Origin: Candidatus Marinacidobacterales bacterium
GTDB taxonomy: Bacteria > Acidobacteriota > Vicinamibacteria > Marinacidobacterales > SMYC01
Assembly (NCBI GenBank): GCA_965224085.1
Contig: CBDCYI010000011.1
Location: 672,001-736,000 of the forward strand
Direction: 5' to 3'
DNA: 64,000 bases
In this document: one piece after another, positions 9,377-17,646 of the stretch
Position numbering within the stretch: position 1 is the first letter of the stretch
Layout: every line of letters starts with the position of its first letter
Notes under the pieces: model-generated
Database searches by the model: none
What the model saw: the letters and a program-made list of their open reading frames with translations, nothing else
Told to the model about the DNA's origin: nothing
Translations under genes and position numbers: made by a program

Positions 9377-10468
9377 ATGGCGCGCAGCACACCTAATGTT
9401 TTAAGCCTGTCCTTTCTGGACGCGATGACCTGCGGGTTCGGCGCCGTGGTGCTGCTCTTCATGATCCTCAGCGCCGGCTTCGGCGAGCGCTCGGGGAAAA
9501 TGAGCGGGGAGCTTCAAGGTGAGGTCGACCGTCTGCACAAGGAGGTTTTGGAGGGTTATCAGAACCTGGTGGTGCTCCGAAACTCCGTCACGGAGATCGA
9601 TCGGGAAAACGTCGTCACCGCGGGTCTTTCGAAGCGGCTCCTCGAGACCCTCGAGACGATTCGAGTCGAGCTGGCCAATGACGAGAACGAGACGCTGGCG
9701 CGACGAGAGCACGTCAACAAGCTCAAGGCGGATCTCAAATCGCTCGAGGAGGATGTCAAACGCCTTTCCGCGGCGGCCCCGAGCGAAGAGACGCCGGGCG
9801 ACAAGCTTCTGAGCTTCGTGGGAAGCGGGGACCGGCAGTACCTCACCGGCCTGAAGGTCGGCGGAAGACGTATTCTCGTGCTCGTCGACACCTCGGCGAG
9901 CATGCTGGGGGAGACCATCGTCAACATCATTCGCCGGCGCAACATGCCCGACGAGGCGAAGATCCGCGCCGCGAAATGGCAGCAGACCCTTTCGACGGTG
10001 AACTGGATCGCCACTCAGATCCCCCCCGCGAGCAGCTTTCAAATCTATACGTTCAACACTCGAGCAGGCGCCGTGGTGGCGGGGACCGACGGGACGTGGC
10101 TGAACGGGGGCAACCGTGGGGATCTCGACAAAGCAGTCCAGGCCTTCCGACGCGTGGTTCCGGAGGGCGGCACCAATCTCTATCAGGCCTTCAAGGCCAT
10201 CGAGACGCTGCGCCCGGCGCCGGACAATATCTTTCTTCTCACCGACGGGCTCCCCACACAAGGGAGGAAGCCGCCCCGTGGCCGTACCGTGTCCGGTAAG
10301 GATCGCGCCAAGTTTTTCAACGAAGCTCTCTCCAAGCTCAGCGGTAGAACCCCCGTCAACGTGATCCTCTTCCCCATAGAAGGCGATCCCCAGGCGCCCA
10401 GTGCCTTTTGGAAGCTGGCCGTCTCCTCGGGAGGCGCCTATGTGAGCCCTTCGGAGGACTGGCCATGA
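9377..10468 (+). CDS. ExbD/MotB-like TM + coiled coil + vWA domain protein (1)
   Basis: N-terminal TM with Asp (LSFLDAMTCGFGAVVLLFMIL), heptad region, MIDAS DTSAS, GGTNL and LLTDGLP. Confidence 0.88.
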   Translation: MARSTPNVLSLSFLDAMTCGFGAVVLLFMILSAGFGERSGKMSGELQGEVDRLHKEVLEGYQNLVVLRNSVTEIDRENVVTAGLSKRLLETLETIRVELANDENETLARREHVNKLKADLKSLEEDVKRLSAAAPSEETPGDKLLSFVGSGDRQYLTGLKVGGRRILVLVDTSASMLGETIVNIIRRRNMPDEAKIRAAKWQQTLSTVNWIATQIPPASSFQIYTFNTRAGAVVAGTDGTWLNGGNRGDLDKAVQAFRRVVPEGGTNLYQAFKAIETLRPAPDNIFLLTDGLPTQGRKPPRGRTVSGKDRAKFFNEALSKLSGRTPVNVILFPIEGDPQAPSAFWKLAVSSGGAYVSPSEDWP

Positions 10469-10496
10469 AGAGAGCTCCCGGCGCGGTGGTGTAGAA

Positions 10497-11474
10497 GTGT
10501 TCAGCCTCTCTTTCCTGGACGTCATCTGTTGCGGCTTTGGCGCCATCATCCTACTTCTCGTATTGGTCAAGATTGGTGAGCCGAGGGCACTCGAAGCCGC
10601 TCAGGCGGAACGGATAGGCCTGGTGGCAAAGCTGCAAGAAGAGCTATACGAGATCCGGGGGGAGACGAACGTGCTCAACCGCAAGCTCGTGACGAAACGG
10701 GAGCAAGTCTCCGAGGAGACGGTCAAGGTTGCCAGGCTCCGGGGCGACCTCAGCAAGATCCAAGGACAATTTGCCGCCAGCGCGCAGCTCTCCCAAGTCA
10801 GCGACATCGTCGAGGGGAGGTTGTTGGCCGCGCAGCAGGAGCTGAGCGAAGAACAGAAGCGCCTTCGCGGCAAGCGCTCTCGGCCGCGCCCGAAAGACGC
10901 TCCCATCGGCGGGATCCCCGTGGACAGCGAGTACATCATCTTCATCATCGACACCTCGGGCAGCATGAAGAGATTCGCCTGGCCTCTGGTGATGAAGAAG
11001 CTAGTGGAGACGCTGAGCATCTACCCCAAAGTGAAGGGCATCCAGGTGATGAACGATATGGGGCAGTACCTGTTCAAGAGCTACTCGGGAAAGTGGATTC
11101 CCGACACGTCCGGCCGGCGCAAAGTGATTCTGGACCGGCTGCGTGGCTGGGCCCCGTTCAGCAACTCGAGCCCGGTGGAGGGGATCACCCGCGCCATACG
11201 AACCTACGCCAGCCGGGACCACAAGGTGAGTCTCTACATCTTCGGCGACGAGTTCACGGGAGATTCCATCGATGCGGTGGTGGAAACGGTGGATCGGATC
11301 AACCGGAAAGATGCCGATGGCCATCGTTTGGTGAGAATCCACGCCATCGGTTTCCCCACCGTGTTCTCGAATGCTGGATTTTCGCAGAACACCGGGATCC
11401 GCTTCGCCACCTTGATGCGCATCCTCGCCCGCAAAAACGGCGGCGCCTTCGTGGGACTGAGCCGGGCTCGGTAG
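10497..11474 (+). CDS. ExbD/MotB-like TM + coiled coil + vWA domain protein (2)
   Basis: LSFLDVICCGFGAIILLLVLV and MIDAS DTSGS. The ATG at 10465 overlapping the upstream stop is out of frame by one base, so the true start may be frameshifted. Confidence 0.85.
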   Translation: MFSLSFLDVICCGFGAIILLLVLVKIGEPRALEAAQAERIGLVAKLQEELYEIRGETNVLNRKLVTKREQVSEETVKVARLRGDLSKIQGQFAASAQLSQVSDIVEGRLLAAQQELSEEQKRLRGKRSRPRPKDAPIGGIPVDSEYIIFIIDTSGSMKRFAWPLVMKKLVETLSIYPKVKGIQVMNDMGQYLFKSYSGKWIPDTSGRRKVILDRLRGWAPFSNSSPVEGITRAIRTYASRDHKVSLYIFGDEFTGDSIDAVVETVDRINRKDADGHRLVRIHAIGFPTVFSNAGFSQNTGIRFATLMRILARKNGGAFVGLSRAR

Positions 11475-11855
11475 CTCGTCGACGGTATTGTCAAGTTGAG
11501 GGCTTCAAGGCCGATTCGACCCCAAGGTATGGGTTGACGGCGTGTCCTCGAGCCCCACGATATTGGGGCGCGATTCGACAACTAATAAGAAACTCAGGGT
11601 GTAGCGTTTGGGGGCAGTGACGTCAAAACCGAGCTCCCTCAGGCGTCGTGTTGAGCCGGTGCCACCTCCAGAGACTACCGCGTTTCATTCATTCGGGGTG
11701 GCCGTCAGGCCGTGGAAAACTTGACAGCAATGGTACCGCCCGCGTGGGCGGAGGTCATCGGGGAGTGACCGAAATCGTTCGTTCACTCGAAAGTACCTGA
11801 TGGCCTAACCTGTCGATGCCAGCGCTTTGAGCCGCTGCTCCGCATCCGCGGCTAG

Positions 11856-13857
11856 CCCATGTTTCCCTTTTAGGTCTCTAAGTCATCATAAACAAAGGAC
11901 TGAGATCCGCGGTTTGTCTCTACGCTGACAGCACCTCCTCGGAGAAGGCTGGCGGGTCGCGTTCAACGATTCCGAGTGCAGTCAGGATCGAGTTGGCGCG
12001 AGCGGTGCCGCGCGTGACGACGCGCTTGGTCCGCCCAGAACCCAGCTGTAAGTCGACGAGCCGGACCGAGCGTAGCGCTTGTAGTGCCTCGGTTGCGGAC
12101 AGGTCGAGTTCGGCGACCTTGAGCTTTTTCTCAAGAGCCCGATGCACAAGGAAGGCCAGCGTAGCTACGAAAAGATGTGCCTCCACACGCTCATCGGTCT
12201 GGTGGTAAACGGGACGCATCTCAATGACATCCTTAAGGCATGAGAAGGCTCGCTCGACCTCGTTTAGGTCCTTGTAAAGGCGCACGGCGTCGACCGGAGA
12301 GAGGTTTTGCTCCTCGGTTTGAATAACGTACTTACCCTCGTAGGCTTGCTCGCGCTTGAGGTTGACCGGGTGCTCGAAGAAGCGGAAGCGAGCGTTTTTG
12401 TACTCCCAGTCGTAGTAACGGTGACCGTGGTGGCGTGCCTGTATGCGCGCGGCGGCGGCACCGATTTTCTCGGGGGCTTTCAATCGTCCCTCGCGCACGC
12501 GGCGCTCAAGGGCCTCGAATGCCGCACGGGCACGTCCCATGGCCCGCAGCCTCTGCCCGCGCTCGTAGGCGAGCCTTTCGTCGCTGTGAACGACGAAGAT
12601 GCGCACGCCAGACTGCTCGGAGCGGACTTCTTGCACACGAGTCTTAGGTGGCTCGGCTTTTTCGCTCACCGTGATGCCACCAGGGCAGTCGATCCACTCT
12701 CCGCTGGCGCGCTCGATGTAACGATAGACCTCCTCGCGCCGTCGTCTTTGCAGCCCGACGAGATAGCCCTGCTTGCGCGAGCGCACCACCGCCAGGCTGT
12801 CGCTCGTTACCATCCCTCGGTCGCCGACAAAAACCACGCGGTGCAAACCGAATCGTTCGTTGAGATCGTTGAGCACCTGCGGCACCGTTTTCGCGTCACG
12901 CCAGTTGCCGGCGAAAACATGGTGGGCGATCGGCCAACCGTCCACCATCACCAGACCGACAAGCACTTGCCGGTTACGCGGTCTGCGGTCGCGACTGTAG
13001 CCGTGGGCGCCGAGCCCCGGAGGGCCTTGACCTTCGAAGTACGTCGACGTCAGGTCGTAAAACACCATGTCAACCTCAAGCGAAAACAGATCCCGCAAGC
13101 GCAAAAACAGCTCTTTCTCGATCTGTTCTTTGCGGGCATGCAGCTGGTCGAGCGTTCGGTACCATTGCTTGAGTTGGCAAAACTCCACGCGAACCCGCGG
13201 GGAGCGACTCGCTCGCCGCTCCCCATCATCGCGCCACTGCGGCACCCACCGCCGCCCCTGCCGGTCGCAGACGAAGTCGGTCTCGAGCCAGCGCGCCAGA
13301 CCGTGCTCGCTTGACGGAGCACATAGCCGGTTGGCGACCAGCACCAAAGCTCGCTCGCTTAGCGCCACTCCGTCGCGCTTGCCGCGGCCTCCGAGCCGGT
13401 CGAGAATCTGCTCCAGTCCGAGCTCGCGCCACAGCGTCGCCGTCACCACCATCGGACCCCAATCCCACGCGTCTGCCCCCGCGATCTGCTCGGCTGCTCG
13501 CTCGGTGTCGGCCGGTTCACCGGCCCCAAGCAACCGATTGAGGGAGTCGAGATTGGCAACTAGGAGATCCTTGCGCCCCAAGTTGCACACTACGCGTTGC
13601 TTCGGCTTGCCGTGCTCCCGATACGACTCGACCAGGCGGACATACTCATGTTGAACCCCTTTGCCGCCTGCGGCCCGAACGATGCGGAAGAACATAACCT
13701 GTCCTCACGCATACTACATATCATTGTCCACGATTACAACGTATTAATGGCGCTCAAAGCACAATATCTGTCTCTACGTTTTGGGCAAATTCAACCCCCG
13801 TTCCTTTGAATTCAGTCACTTACGAGCGTTAGGGTGCCCATAAAGGGTAAACATGGG
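11856..13857 (-). mobile_element. IS1634-family insertion sequence
   Basis: Terminal IRs CCCATGTTT...AAACATGGG with CTAG duplicated on both flanks (11852-55, 13858-61). Confidence 0.88.
11920..13695 (-). CDS. IS1634 family transposase
   Basis: YVRLVESYR..GKPKQRVVCNLGR N-terminus. DDE motifs FYDLTSTYFEG, FVGDRGM and VERAFSCLK. Confidence 0.92.
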   Translation of the reverse strand: MFFRIVRAAGGKGVQHEYVRLVESYREHGKPKQRVVCNLGRKDLLVANLDSLNRLLGAGEPADTERAAEQIAGADAWDWGPMVVTATLWRELGLEQILDRLGGRGKRDGVALSERALVLVANRLCAPSSEHGLARWLETDFVCDRQGRRWVPQWRDDGERRASRSPRVRVEFCQLKQWYRTLDQLHARKEQIEKELFLRLRDLFSLEVDMVFYDLTSTYFEGQGPPGLGAHGYSRDRRPRNRQVLVGLVMVDGWPIAHHVFAGNWRDAKTVPQVLNDLNERFGLHRVVFVGDRGMVTSDSLAVVRSRKQGYLVGLQRRRREEVYRYIERASGEWIDCPGGITVSEKAEPPKTRVQEVRSEQSGVRIFVVHSDERLAYERGQRLRAMGRARAAFEALERRVREGRLKAPEKIGAAAARIQARHHGHRYYDWEYKNARFRFFEHPVNLKREQAYEGKYVIQTEEQNLSPVDAVRLYKDLNEVERAFSCLKDVIEMRPVYHQTDERVEAHLFVATLAFLVHRALEKKLKVAELDLSATEALQALRSVRLVDLQLGSGRTKRVVTRGTARANSILTALGIVERDPPAFSEEVLSA

Positions 13858-14202
13858 CTAGTTCCCGGGTCAGATCGCCGGCGCCGATTTCGCGGCCGAG
13901 ACTGCCGCCTGTCCCGACCACAGCGAAGAGAAATCGCTGGACCCTGCCGCCTCCGCTTTTGCTTTCAGCGGCGCCAGGGCCCTGCCAGCCGTCGGGAACG
14001 CTGGCGCCCGGTCCGACATCGGCCCGACCTCCCGCATGACTCGATTCATCAGCCCCCGCGACGGTCTGCCGGAAAACACGTTGGTCCATGCAGTTTGGTC
14101 GTCACGCGCGGCGCGTAGTGCAGCGCGGTGTAGATCCGTGATCAACGACTCCGGCGTGAAAAGGTAAGCGGTGCCGATTTGAGCACCTGCCGCGCCGAGA
14201 GC

Positions 14203-15688
14203 TGCTGCTCACACAGACCTCACGGACAATTGCGAGCAGGTTTTCGACGAGCCCCTGTTCTGGCGACACTCCAGACAGCAGGGCCGGCGCGTGAAGAGTT
14301 GTAGCGATAGCAACTCACTGCTCGATTGGCCGCGCTCCTGACCTGCTGCGCCCTCTTGCGGTGCTCGGAGAGCCGCTCTAGCAGATTCTCCTCACGGCCG
14401 AAGTACACCTCGTCTGGTGTACGACCGCCGAGAACGGCGCGCGCGATCTTTTCATTGTGCTCACCGACGTAGAAGGCGACGAGACGCCGTACCGCCGCCG
14501 TACTGTCGAGGGCGTTCAGGAAGAGCCATGCGTGCTTCAATTGTCGCCAAAACGCTTCGATCAAAGAGTTCGAGCAGACTATGTCGATTTGCGCGAGCAC
14601 GCGACTGAGAGAACTTGAATCCTTGAGAAGTTGATCTACCTCGCCGAAGTTCTCCGAACCGCCGTCGGTGACGACAAGCACGCTGGCGTTCGCTGCGGCG
14701 ACAGGGACGTTCTCTGAGGCCTCAATGAGCAGCTCGCGTGTTGTTGCCGAGCTCAGAGCGTCGCTCACCCGCCAAGCAAGAATCCTTCGGCTGAAGTTGT
14801 CGATGACCGCTTGGAGGTAGATTCGGATGCCGGTCGTCAGCCGGAGCACGGTTGTGTCGATTTGCCAATACTCGTTGGGCCGCGTTGCTCGGAGGCCTTC
14901 TTTGGGCTTCGCGGGATGCACCCGCCTTCGAGGACGCTTCCAGCTGCGCTCGTGGATCATCTTGTACCAAGTGCTCACACAGGCGAAGAGCTTGCCAAGG
15001 CGCTGCACGTAGAGAGCCACGTTCTGGATCGCTATATGACGATATGTCTCGGCCTCGACAAAATCCCTCATCGTGGAGACTTCGTCACGCGTGAGCTGGC
15101 TGGGAAAGGATTTCGGACAGCTCGATTGATCGTCAAGCCCGCAGCCCTCTTCTTTGCGTCGCCAAGCGTGATAACGCGCCGATGAGATGCCTACGATCTG
15201 AAGTGCGGTGCCCAGCGACAGCAGGCCGGTCGCCGACGCGATCGCGCGCAGAACGGCGGATTGTTTTGCACCATCGGGAAGGCGATCGCCGTCGAGTTTA
15301 CCGCCACGGAGATTCAACAGCCGCACCAGTAATCCGATGATCGCCGACTGCACTCTCGCTCGCTGACATAGTTTATCGACCTGCTCCAACAGTTCGTAGA
15401 CCTCTAGCTCAACGTCGACCGCAGCGACCACTGGACGCACCTCGCCACGTGCCCATGTGCGCCGCGTCGAGGCCGGGATGGAAACGTCCCGGAACAGGTC
15501 CGCGTTACCGGTCGCGGCGATGGCATCGCGCAGCCTATGGTCGTAGGTTTGTCGAACTCGGAGGCTTCCTTCCATGCCCAAGCATGGCAGGCAGCTATTC
15601 ACATGGCCAGCCGGCCACTCATAGAAGTCTGCGAACGATCCTGTCGAACGTTCGCTCTCCTTACTCCAGAATGATCGTGCGAGTAGCA
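14203..15688 (-). mobile_element. IS3/IS481-like insertion sequence (rve integrase-core transposase)
   Basis: Imperfect IRs TGCTGCTCACAC and TGCTACTCGCAC (reverse complement). No target duplication. The flanks come from unrelated genes. Confidence 0.7.
14220..15575 (-). CDS. DDE-type integrase/transposase
   Basis: WQIDTT, IDNFSRRILAW, VTDGGSEN, NSLIEAFWRQLK and LGGRTPDEVY. Confidence 0.88.
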   Translation of the reverse strand: MEGSLRVRQTYDHRLRDAIAATGNADLFRDVSIPASTRRTWARGEVRPVVAAVDVELEVYELLEQVDKLCQRARVQSAIIGLLVRLLNLRGGKLDGDRLPDGAKQSAVLRAIASATGLLSLGTALQIVGISSARYHAWRRKEEGCGLDDQSSCPKSFPSQLTRDEVSTMRDFVEAETYRHIAIQNVALYVQRLGKLFACVSTWYKMIHERSWKRPRRRVHPAKPKEGLRATRPNEYWQIDTTVLRLTTGIRIYLQAVIDNFSRRILAWRVSDALSSATTRELLIEASENVPVAAANASVLVVTDGGSENFGEVDQLLKDSSSLSRVLAQIDIVCSNSLIEAFWRQLKHAWLFLNALDSTAAVRRLVAFYVGEHNEKIARAVLGGRTPDEVYFGREENLLERLSEHRKRAQQVRSAANRAVSCYRYNSSRAGPAVWSVARTGARRKPARNCP

Positions 15689-15873
15689 CTGCAGCGAAGC
15701 ACCAGGCCTTTGTCGGAACCGGCTACTTTGATGCCGTACAGAGCACGATCACCGGCGGCAAAGCATCGATAACCGCGATGCGAGGCAGCACGGAAGAAGC
15801 ACAGTTCTCCCTGCGAGAGGTCGACGAGTCGAACGAAGCGACCCGAACGTCGCCGACACTGGCGGCGCCATGA
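15688..15873 (+). pseudogene. aceA: Isocitrate lyase C-terminal remnant
   Basis: Manual translation [40 protein letters not shown] matches the AceA C-terminal HQxxVGTGYFD...GSTEExQF signature. Begins exactly at the IS end. Confidence 0.85.
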
Positions 15874-15926
15874 TTGCGGGTCGTAGTGCCAACGACAGCT
15901 GAAGTCATTGCGGAACGGCTACACGG

Positions 15927-17633
15927 CTACGCTTTCGAATGAACCGTCTTGCCGCCGACGACCGTGCGCACGATTTCGATCTCCTTGATCGTGTCCGGGT
16001 CCGCCTCGCCGGGGTTTTGTCCGAGGACCACGAAGTCGCCGAATTTGTTCGGGCTAATCGATCCTTTGACGTCCTCTTCGAACGAGGCGTAGGCGCCGTT
16101 TACAGTGCAGATGCGGATGGCCTTCTCGACGCTGACCGCCTGGTTCGCACCCCATACCCTGCCTTCGACGTCCTTGCGCGTGACCATACTCTGGATGGCC
16201 ATCATCGGCTCGTAGGGGCCGGGTACGTAATCCGAGGCCCCGGCGACGCGAATGCCGTAATCGAGGAATGATTTGTGGGCGAACATCCATTTCATCTTCT
16301 CTTGACCGTACTCCTCCCACTTGCGGCCGTGGTAGTGGACGTAGGTGTAGAACGGCGTCGGGATGGATCCGGTGTCGCGAATGCGCGTTAGCAGGTCGTG
16401 GTTTACGAGAGAGCAGTGCTCGAGGCGATGGCGTGCGTCGGCGCGAGGCCATTTTTCGAGCACGCGCTCATAGGCGTTCAGCACCATGTCGATGGCGAGG
16501 TCGCCGTTCGCGTGGATACCGACCTGAAAGTCGTGGCGATGGGCATCCTCGACGGCTTCGTGTATTTCTTCTTGCGTCATCGTGAGGATGCCGTGGTCGT
16601 CGGGGCGTCCTTCATAGGGCGTGCTCATCGCCATCGTGCGGCCCGAGGCGGACCCGTCGGCGCCGAATTTAACGCCGCCCACTTTCAGCATGTCGTCGCC
16701 GAAGCCGGTATAGATACCGGCGGTCTTGCAGCCTTCGAACATCTCGCCCCGCACCATCATGTAAATGCGCATCTTGAGCTCGCTGTTGTGGTAGGCGTCC
16801 TGATAGGCGACGGCGGAGTCGGTGCCGCAGCCCGCGTCGTGCACCGTGGTCAGCCCGGATGAGGTCATCATCTCCGAGATGAGCTTGACGCCGGCGCGGC
16901 GCTGCTCGCGGGTGCTCCCGGAAGGCGTCACTTTGTTGAAGAAGGCGCTGGCGCGCTCGGCGACTTTGCCGAGTAGCTCGCCGTTGTCATCCTTATAAAT
17001 ATGCCCGCCGGGAGGGTCGGGCGTCTGTGCGGTGACGCCCGCGGCTTGGGCGGCTTTGGTGTTGAACCAATAGACGTGGCCGCCTCGGTGGGAGACGTAA
17101 ACGGGGTGGTTCGGTGCCGCTTCGTCGAGGTCCTTCCGATTGATCTGCCGGCCTTCGCGGACTTTCGTGTCGTCATATTTGAAGCCCATCACCCATTCGC
17201 CCGGAGGCGTTTTGGCGGCGCGCTCGCGGATCGCATCCTTGATGGCGTCGATGCTCCGGAGGTCGAGGTTCACGCTCACGATCTCGCGGACGCCGCCCGA
17301 GGCGGGATGCGAGTGCGCGTCGATGAATCCGGGCGTGACCATGAGCCCTTCGGCGTCGATCACCTCGGTACTGTGGTCGATGATGTTGCGGATGTCGTCG
17401 TTCGAGCCGATGGCGACGAAGCGGCCGTTCTTGACGGCGAAAGCTTCGGCGCTCGCGAGTTCGTCGTCCATCGTCATCACACGGCCGTTCACGAGTGCCA
17501 AGTCCGGTTTGGTGGCGTCGAGGGTGCCGCTTGATTGTGCGGCGGCTTTCGCGCCGTACATTCCGAAGGGGCCGACGCCTGCTGCCGCCGCGCCGGTCAT
17601 GCGTAGAAACTCAGAACGTGTGTACCTAGCCAT
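15927..17633 (-). CDS. Amidohydrolase 3 (YtcJ-like), Tat-like signal
   Basis: PGFIDAHSH, KFGADGS, IHANGD, HRLEH and GASDY motifs. N-terminal TRSEFL..GAAAAG. Confidence 0.9.
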   Translation of the reverse strand: MARYTRSEFLRMTGAAAAGVGPFGMYGAKAAAQSSGTLDATKPDLALVNGRVMTMDDELASAEAFAVKNGRFVAIGSNDDIRNIIDHSTEVIDAEGLMVTPGFIDAHSHPASGGVREIVSVNLDLRSIDAIKDAIRERAAKTPPGEWVMGFKYDDTKVREGRQINRKDLDEAAPNHPVYVSHRGGHVYWFNTKAAQAAGVTAQTPDPPGGHIYKDDNGELLGKVAERASAFFNKVTPSGSTREQRRAGVKLISEMMTSSGLTTVHDAGCGTDSAVAYQDAYHNSELKMRIYMMVRGEMFEGCKTAGIYTGFGDDMLKVGGVKFGADGSASGRTMAMSTPYEGRPDDHGILTMTQEEIHEAVEDAHRHDFQVGIHANGDLAIDMVLNAYERVLEKWPRADARHRLEHCSLVNHDLLTRIRDTGSIPTPFYTYVHYHGRKWEEYGQEKMKWMFAHKSFLDYGIRVAGASDYVPGPYEPMMAIQSMVTRKDVEGRVWGANQAVSVEKAIRICTVNGAYASFEEDVKGSISPNKFGDFVVLGQNPGEADPDTIKEIEIVRTVVGGKTVHSKA

Positions 17634-17646
17634 GTCTTACTTCTTT

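Larger units (their letters stand above)
11805..14202 (-). pseudogene. Nitronate monooxygenase-family 3' remnant, interrupted by IS1634 and 5'-truncated by the IS3-like element
   Basis: AGAQIGTAYL...TNVFSGRPSRGLMNR...FSSLWSGQ at 13862-14200. The C-terminus GDLTRELA continues as ADAEQRLKALASTG* on the far side of the IS (stop 11805-11807). Confidence 0.8.

Noticed and set aside
8549-11474. Ordinary flagellar MotAB or TonB-ExbBD annotation
   Set aside because: The partners lack OmpA-like peptidoglycan-binding or ExbD periplasmic domains and carry vWA domains. No flagellar or TonB genes are adjacent.
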